Part shown: positions 58,746 through 64,000 of the stretch, piece after piece | Layout: the number at the start of each line of letters is the position of its first letter | Position numbering within the stretch: position 1 is the first letter of the stretch | Notes under the pieces: generated by a model | Database searches by the model: none | Told to the model about the DNA's origin: nothing | The model's input: the letters and a program-made list of their open reading frames with translations, nothing else | Virus record (IMG/VR): IMGVR_UViG_3300035515_000158 | From: a virus | Lineage: Duplodnaviria > Heunggongvirae > Uroviricota > Caudoviricetes | DNA: 64,000 nucleotides | Direction: 5' to 3' (one strand) | Translations under genes and position numbers: made by a program

Positions 58746-61148
58746 TTATCGTGTTATTGTTATGAAATTATTACCATCAGTAGAAAGTTCTTCATTAACA
58801 CACACAAGTTCGATTTCTTTATTTGTTGCAGTTAATGTACCTTTCTTAATTGTAGTAATATCTATTGAATTTCCATTAGCATCTTGTGTCTTAATGAGAA
58901 TATTTTTGTTCTGATTAAGATTTTTTAACAGATTATTACTTGTAGCGGATATTGTAAATGATTGTCCTAACTTCCAAGTAATAGGTAATCCATCTGTATC
59001 ATCAGAATCATCTTCATCTACTGTAATATTTAATGTAATATCATCTGTTTGTCCTGCGATATCATTAGTGGTATTAGATGTGGCCGATGTACCTGTTGTG
59101 GTAACTGATTGAACTGTTGTACCATCAATAACAAATAAATTAGAGTTCTTCACCAAACCAACAGACAATGTATTATTATGTAATGTAGTACCTGATAATA
59201 AACTAATACCAGCATACTTTTGTATATCATTATCTATGGCTAATATGGTATTGTTGGAATTATCTAACACAGGTTTGATAGTTATACCATTTAGACCTGA
59301 AATTAATGTGTGGTCTAATGATAGTTTATTATTATACTTACCTTTAATCAAATCATTAAGTTTATCATTTATATCATCTATCTGAACCATTATCGTGTCA
59401 GTGTCAACAATACTATTACCATCAAGTCTGTTAGTTAAAACCTGAACATCATTCTGTAAACTTGTTAAACTATCCATACTATACAACATTGATTCAAGTT
59501 CTTCTACTCTATCCTGTAATTTATATATCTCATTTTGTTGAGTATAGAACTTGTTAATACATATCTGAAGTTGTTCAAGTGCTCGTTGATACATCGCGAA
59601 AGCCTTTGATTCATTCTCATCATAATAACTTTCACTATTTATCTCATTCTCATCTCCATTTGTTCCAATCGTCTTTGAACGTTTGAGTGTTGTCGTGGGA
59701 GCGGTATCCACCTTCAAATCTAATTTAAGAGCGAATGAATTACCACCTTCGATTGTACTATTTCTTAACTTAGGTAATCTTTGTATATAATGTGCTTCAC
59801 CCTCCTCTCCACTAACATTATCGAGGAAAAGAACACCATACAAATTAGTCGCATATGTTGAAACTTCTCCGGATGTATCAATCATATCATAGTAAATCAA
59901 TACACAATTAAACTCAAAATTAATATATGAATTTGAGTTCATCTTTGTGATACTTCCGGTAGAATAATCACTGTCTATAAAATCAATACAGTAACCTTCA
60001 TCACCATAATAATAGTTACCATTCTCATTATCGAATATACCTTCAATTCCAACATCGGTAGGTAGGTCTGTGTCTATTAAATTACTACGACCTACAATTA
60101 TTTCATCATTCTTACCATAGATGTCATTCTGGTAATTCTTGTCAACTATCTTACGGAACAACACTTCATTAGATGCACCATGCTCACTTGGAATATATAA
60201 ATACACCTCTCCATAAGTATCACCATTAACTTGAACCTGATTGATGGTGTCTATGTTTCCAATGTATTGTACCGTTCTGTAAATATAATCGTCATTCGTA
60301 TCGTCACCATCATAAGGAGTGTAATTGGTCGCATCCTCATATACCTTAGTCGTTCCACCATCAGTATAAGATGTAAATTGAATACCTCCAACCTTCCTTA
60401 ACCAATTAAAAAATATTCTCTCAGCCGGTGTTCTTAATTCTGATGTGTCATAGTCATCTTGATTTAACACAACAGTTTCAAAGTTTAAGATATAATTCTG
60501 GAAATGCTCAGCCAATGCGACATTATAATCCTTGGTTCCAATCTTATAATTACCTAAACTCTCTAAGTATAATCCTCTATTTGTATTACCTACTTCTGTC
60601 GTATCATAAGTTAACACATCAGTATAATAACCATTTGATAAAGTTCTATTATCATCTTTATATACATTAACTTTCAAATACAAATATTCACCATCAGATA
60701 ATGTAATCGGAGTTGATTGACTATTATCAAAAACCCAATTACTCATTTTAGTCAGTGTCAAAAGTTCAGTTGGATTTGGTGATGTTAACTTTGTTGTAGA
60801 ACGTTCATATAACACCTCCACACTTGTAGCTTCACTCCACACAGTTGTTGACGAATTTAATGTAACTGTAATCGTAATTCCATTGAGTGTTCCATTTTCA
60901 TCATCTAAATTTCTATATACAGTTACATCTTTGATATATTTGTACGAATCTGATATCTGACTTTTATATGACTTAGTTGTTGAATATCCAGTATATATAT
61001 CAGGAATATTCAAACATACAAAATGACTAAACTTAAACGAATAATTACTACTATTGGAATGAACCTTTGTTAAATCACGACTGGTTGAACTAAAGGTATA
61101 TAATGTTCCACCATTAGACGAAAGTTTAGGAATTATAGGAGTTACCAT
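58746..61148 (-). CDS. Hypothetical structural protein
   Basis: 800-aa ORF, beta-rich with a central coiled coil; late promoter at 61182. Confidence 0.6.
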   Translation of the reverse strand: MVTPIIPKLSSNGGTLYTFSSTSRDLTKVHSNSSNYSFKFSHFVCLNIPDIYTGYSTTKSYKSQISDSYKYIKDVTVYRNLDDENGTLNGITITVTLNSSTTVWSEATSVEVLYERSTTKLTSPNPTELLTLTKMSNWVFDNSQSTPITLSDGEYLYLKVNVYKDDNRTLSNGYYTDVLTYDTTEVGNTNRGLYLESLGNYKIGTKDYNVALAEHFQNYILNFETVVLNQDDYDTSELRTPAERIFFNWLRKVGGIQFTSYTDGGTTKVYEDATNYTPYDGDDTNDDYIYRTVQYIGNIDTINQVQVNGDTYGEVYLYIPSEHGASNEVLFRKIVDKNYQNDIYGKNDEIIVGRSNLIDTDLPTDVGIEGIFDNENGNYYYGDEGYCIDFIDSDYSTGSITKMNSNSYINFEFNCVLIYYDMIDTSGEVSTYATNLYGVLFLDNVSGEEGEAHYIQRLPKLRNSTIEGGNSFALKLDLKVDTAPTTTLKRSKTIGTNGDENEINSESYYDENESKAFAMYQRALEQLQICINKFYTQQNEIYKLQDRVEELESMLYSMDSLTSLQNDVQVLTNRLDGNSIVDTDTIMVQIDDINDKLNDLIKGKYNNKLSLDHTLISGLNGITIKPVLDNSNNTILAIDNDIQKYAGISLLSGTTLHNNTLSVGLVKNSNLFVIDGTTVQSVTTTGTSATSNTTNDIAGQTDDITLNITVDEDDSDDTDGLPITWKLGQSFTISATSNNLLKNLNQNKNILIKTQDANGNSIDITTIKKGTLTATNKEIELVCVNEELSTDGNNFITITR

Positions 61149-61254
61149 ATTATTTTCTTCTTAACTTAATGTGTTATAATGTATTTATGACAAAAAGTGG
61201 AAGTAGTAAAAAACTACCTCCACTATATAAAAAAAGAATATAAAGTATGTAAAT

Positions 61255-63144
61255 TTATTGAGCTTGTTGTGAATTAAACCCATTCATCATATCTTCAAAT
61301 GATGTACCTTGCTGAGCTCCCCCATTCTGTTGTCCCTGTCCATAAAGAACTGTCGCAATTTCATTCCAAGTCTTTGTCAATGTTTCCATACAACTCTTAC
61401 AAGCATCAACATCCTTTCGGTCAGAAGCATCCTTTAGGGCGTTCAAATCATTCTCCAACTTAGACTTTTGTTCCTCAGTCAATTTGTCACCAAGTTCATC
61501 AATCTGTTTCTGTGTCTGGAAAACGGTATTCTCAGCTTGGTTTAAGGTATTCACTCTCTCAAACTCCTTCTTATCCGATTCCGCATTTGCTGACGCCTCA
61601 TCCTTCATTCTTTGGATTTCTTCATCACTCAAACCTGAACTTGCCTCAATTCTAATGTTACTGTCCTTTCCAGTTGCCTTGTCCTTAGCACTTACTGACA
61701 ATATACCATTCGCGTCAATGTCAAACGATACTTCAATTTGTGGAACTCCTTTAGGTGCGGGCATAATCCCATCCAAGTGAAATACCCCAAGTCGTGTTTT
61801 ATACTTAGCCCTAGGTGTCTCTCCCGGTAAAACCACAATCTCTACTGAAGGTTGATTATCCACAGCGGTTGAGAATGTTTCGGTTTTTGTTGTAGGTATT
61901 GTCGTATTCGCATCTACCAATTTTGTGAACACACCTCCAAGTGTTTCAATTCCCAAAGAAAGTGGCGTCACATCCAACAAAACAACATCACCTACACTTT
62001 CATCACCAGCCAAAATAGCCCCCTGAATCGCCGCTCCCAATGCAACAGCTTCATCAGGATTTACTGACTTATTGGGTTTCTTTCCAAACTGTTTTTCAAG
62101 TGCGGTTTGAATTGCGGGAATACGTGTAGAACCTCCAACAAGAATAACCTCATCAATATCACTTACACCATAATTGGCCTTTTCCAAACATGATTTACTA
62201 AGTTCAATGATTTCTGTGATTAAGTCATCTGACATCTGTTCAAACTTAGCTCGTGTTAGTGTCTTAACCAAATGAACAGGTGCTCCATCTACAACAGAAA
62301 TATATGGAAGATTAATCTCAGTTGATGTTGATGATGATAACTCAATCTTGGCCTTCTCAGCAGCTTCCTTGATTCTCTGCATGGCCATCGGATCCTTACC
62401 CAAATCAAAACCATTTTCGGATTTGAACTCATCAACAATCCAGTCAATAATCTTGTCATCAAAATCTGTACCTCCTAAATGGAGATTACCATTTGTTGCA
62501 ATTACCTCAAACACCCCATTATCCATATCCAAAATGGTAAAATCTGATGTTCCACAACCAATATCAGCAACAAGAATTTTCATTTCTTTGTCACCTTTTC
62601 CTAAGCCAAATGAGAGAGCCGCCGCGGTGGGTTCATTTATTACTCTCACTACGTTAATACCTGCGATTTCACCCGCAAGTTTTACAGCTTCTCTTTGTGT
62701 GTTGTCATAATAAGCAGGACAAGTTATTACAAAATCTGTTACCTCTGTACCAAGGTAATCCTCTGCGGTTTTTTTCATTTTTTGAAGAATCATTGCAGAG
62801 ATTTCTTGAGGACTGTATAATTTACCATTAATATCAACACGAGGTTGGTTATTTTCATTTCGGACTACTTTATACTGGGCACGTTCAACCTCTTCTTTTA
62901 CATTATCAAAAGATTCACCCATGAAACGCTTAATACTTGAAATTGTGTTTGTTGGGCGAATAACCATTTGACGTTTCGCAGGTTCACCAACTTTTACCCC
63001 CTCATCCGAAATTGAAACCACACTTGGAGTTGTGCTTTTACCTTCGGAGTTAAAAATAATTTTTGGTTCTCCATTAGTTTCAACTACTGCAACCGCTGAA
63101 AACCCTGTTCCAAGGTCACATCCACAAATTTTTTTTCTACTCAT
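61255..63144 (-). CDS. dnaK: Hsp70 chaperone DnaK
   Basis: [62 protein letters not shown]; middle motifs at 63177 and 63223. Confidence 0.97.
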   Translation of the reverse strand: MSRKKICGCDLGTGFSAVAVVETNGEPKIIFNSEGKSTTPSVVSISDEGVKVGEPAKRQMVIRPTNTISSIKRFMGESFDNVKEEVERAQYKVVRNENNQPRVDINGKLYSPQEISAMILQKMKKTAEDYLGTEVTDFVITCPAYYDNTQREAVKLAGEIAGINVVRVINEPTAAALSFGLGKGDKEMKILVADIGCGTSDFTILDMDNGVFEVIATNGNLHLGGTDFDDKIIDWIVDEFKSENGFDLGKDPMAMQRIKEAAEKAKIELSSSTSTEINLPYISVVDGAPVHLVKTLTRAKFEQMSDDLITEIIELSKSCLEKANYGVSDIDEVILVGGSTRIPAIQTALEKQFGKKPNKSVNPDEAVALGAAIQGAILAGDESVGDVVLLDVTPLSLGIETLGGVFTKLVDANTTIPTTKTETFSTAVDNQPSVEIVVLPGETPRAKYKTRLGVFHLDGIMPAPKGVPQIEVSFDIDANGILSVSAKDKATGKDSNIRIEASSGLSDEEIQRMKDEASANAESDKKEFERVNTLNQAENTVFQTQKQIDELGDKLTEEQKSKLENDLNALKDASDRKDVDACKSCMETLTKTWNEIATVLYGQGQQNGGAQQGTSFEDMMNGFNSQQAQ

Positions 63145-63251
63145 GTATTAATAAAATTTTAATTTCTTCTTTTAATTAAACATAACAAAATTATTATGAT
63201 TGACCGAACTGGACAATCATTACAAATATAACAAAAAAAAATGAAAAGCAC

Positions 63252-63803
63252 TTAACTACTTTTCATTTCTATATATTTTTTTAAATCATCAATGTCATGG
63301 AAACATATTTTGTCTTTGTAGAAATCTAAGTCATATTGTAAATAATAACTTGGAAAATAATAAACAACATTTATACCATGTTCTTGACATTGTTCATATT
63401 TTAATTTATCTAACCTTAATCCTTTATCAAATCTTCTTTTACCTCCAAAATGATTAACTGATGTAAAATGTTGTTCTCCCTGACATTCAATACTGAGTTT
63501 CAAATCATCATCATAAAAATCTAAACGTAGTGATCCCTTATCTTTTAACCAATCGAATGTTTTTTGTTGTTCAAACTTAGGGAAACAATTAGATATTTCT
63601 CTCTCCAATTTTGATGAATTACATTTAGGACAACCTTGACCGAGTAAATGATTACTAGATATTTGCCAAAATTCTCCATGAATAGAACAAATGATACAAA
63701 CCTTAGTTTTTCTATTCACATATTCAACATTAGAATAATCATATTTGTCACCATGAACTTTCTGAGCTTCCTTTATGAATTGTTCAGTTGTTTTCTTTTT
63801 TAC
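63252..63803 (-). pseudogene. Homing-endonuclease-like gene lacking its 5' end, next to the TnpB element
   Basis: Frame open from the IS end: VKKKTTEQFIKEAQKVHGDKYDYSNVEY..CSIHG..GCPKC..LRLDFY..IECQGEQH. Confidence 0.7.
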
Positions 63804-63804
63804 A

Positions 63805-64000
63805 GTATATTAAAATCTGAACAAAATTAAACTTGTTCACTTTTAACTTCTTGTTTCAACCTACCACTACTTTTTAGGGGAATCACTTCCTTGTCATCCA
63901 TAGTTGGGTAGTCCACAAGCGTAAATTCGGTTGTACTGCAACCTATTATTCTTTGACCTTCTTCTAAGATATTCAATGAGGCATTATAGTCACGTTCTAT
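63805..64000 (-). mobile_element. Right end of a second TnpB IS copy
   Basis: Reverse complement of 21-214 with a few substitutions and a 2-nt indel. Confidence 0.85.
63827..64000 (-). CDS. tnpB: TnpB C-terminus (partial)
   Basis: IERDYNASLNILEEG...MDDKEVIPLKSSGRLKQEVKSEQV*. Confidence 0.85.
   Translation of the reverse strand: MERDYNASLNILEEGQRIIGCSTTEFTLVDYPTMDDKEVIPLKSSGRLKQEVKSEQV

Larger units (their letters stand above)
16130..61189. promoter_or_regulatory. Dispersed late-promoter motif (C/T)ATAAATA, T4 gp55-type
   Basis: Plus: 16130, 16353, 17806, 19583, 21928, 23658, 29262, 36747, 41598. Minus: 16337, 30579, 31172, 53554, 55180, 61182 (also 12606). Nearly all lie just upstream of gene starts, mostly structural genes. 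Confidence 0.8.

Noticed and set aside
1188-62710. Numerous short antisense or alternative-frame ORFs in the ORF track
   Set aside because: They are nested in long genes and have the composition expected of shadow frames.
1-64000. Stop-codon reassignment (TAG read as Gln, as in Lak phages)
   Set aside because: Standard-code ORFs up to 1369 aa tile the window without fragmentation; the breaks seen are frame changes, not in-frame TAGs.

Overview
AT-rich, gene-dense segment of a T4-like jumbo myophage read in the standard genetic code. The host is probably Bacteroidota, judging from a TTTG-N20-TAnnTTTG promoter, a DUF4494-like gene and a Bacteroidota-type DnaK. It carries replication genes (PolB split in two around a homing endonuclease, RNase H/5' nuclease, gp32-like SSB), two phage sigma factors (sigma70-like and gp55-like), an S1-domain protein, DnaK and many tail, baseplate and neck genes. 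There are two tandem paralogue cassettes: DUF285/LRR-like proteins and Cys/Asn-rich beta-solenoid proteins. Both window ends are 3' ends of near-identical TnpB elements in inverted orientation, each followed by a 5'-truncated gene. The most notable signals are: (i) three promoter classes implying a host-sigma to phage-sigma70 to gp55 cascade; (ii) a G9 tract that frameshifts one beta-solenoid paralogue, plus two more candidate recoding sites; (iii) a multi-hairpin non-coding RNA candidate and a start-codon-sequestering switch upstream of the beta-solenoid cassette. All family calls come from motif recognition by eye; no database search was run.
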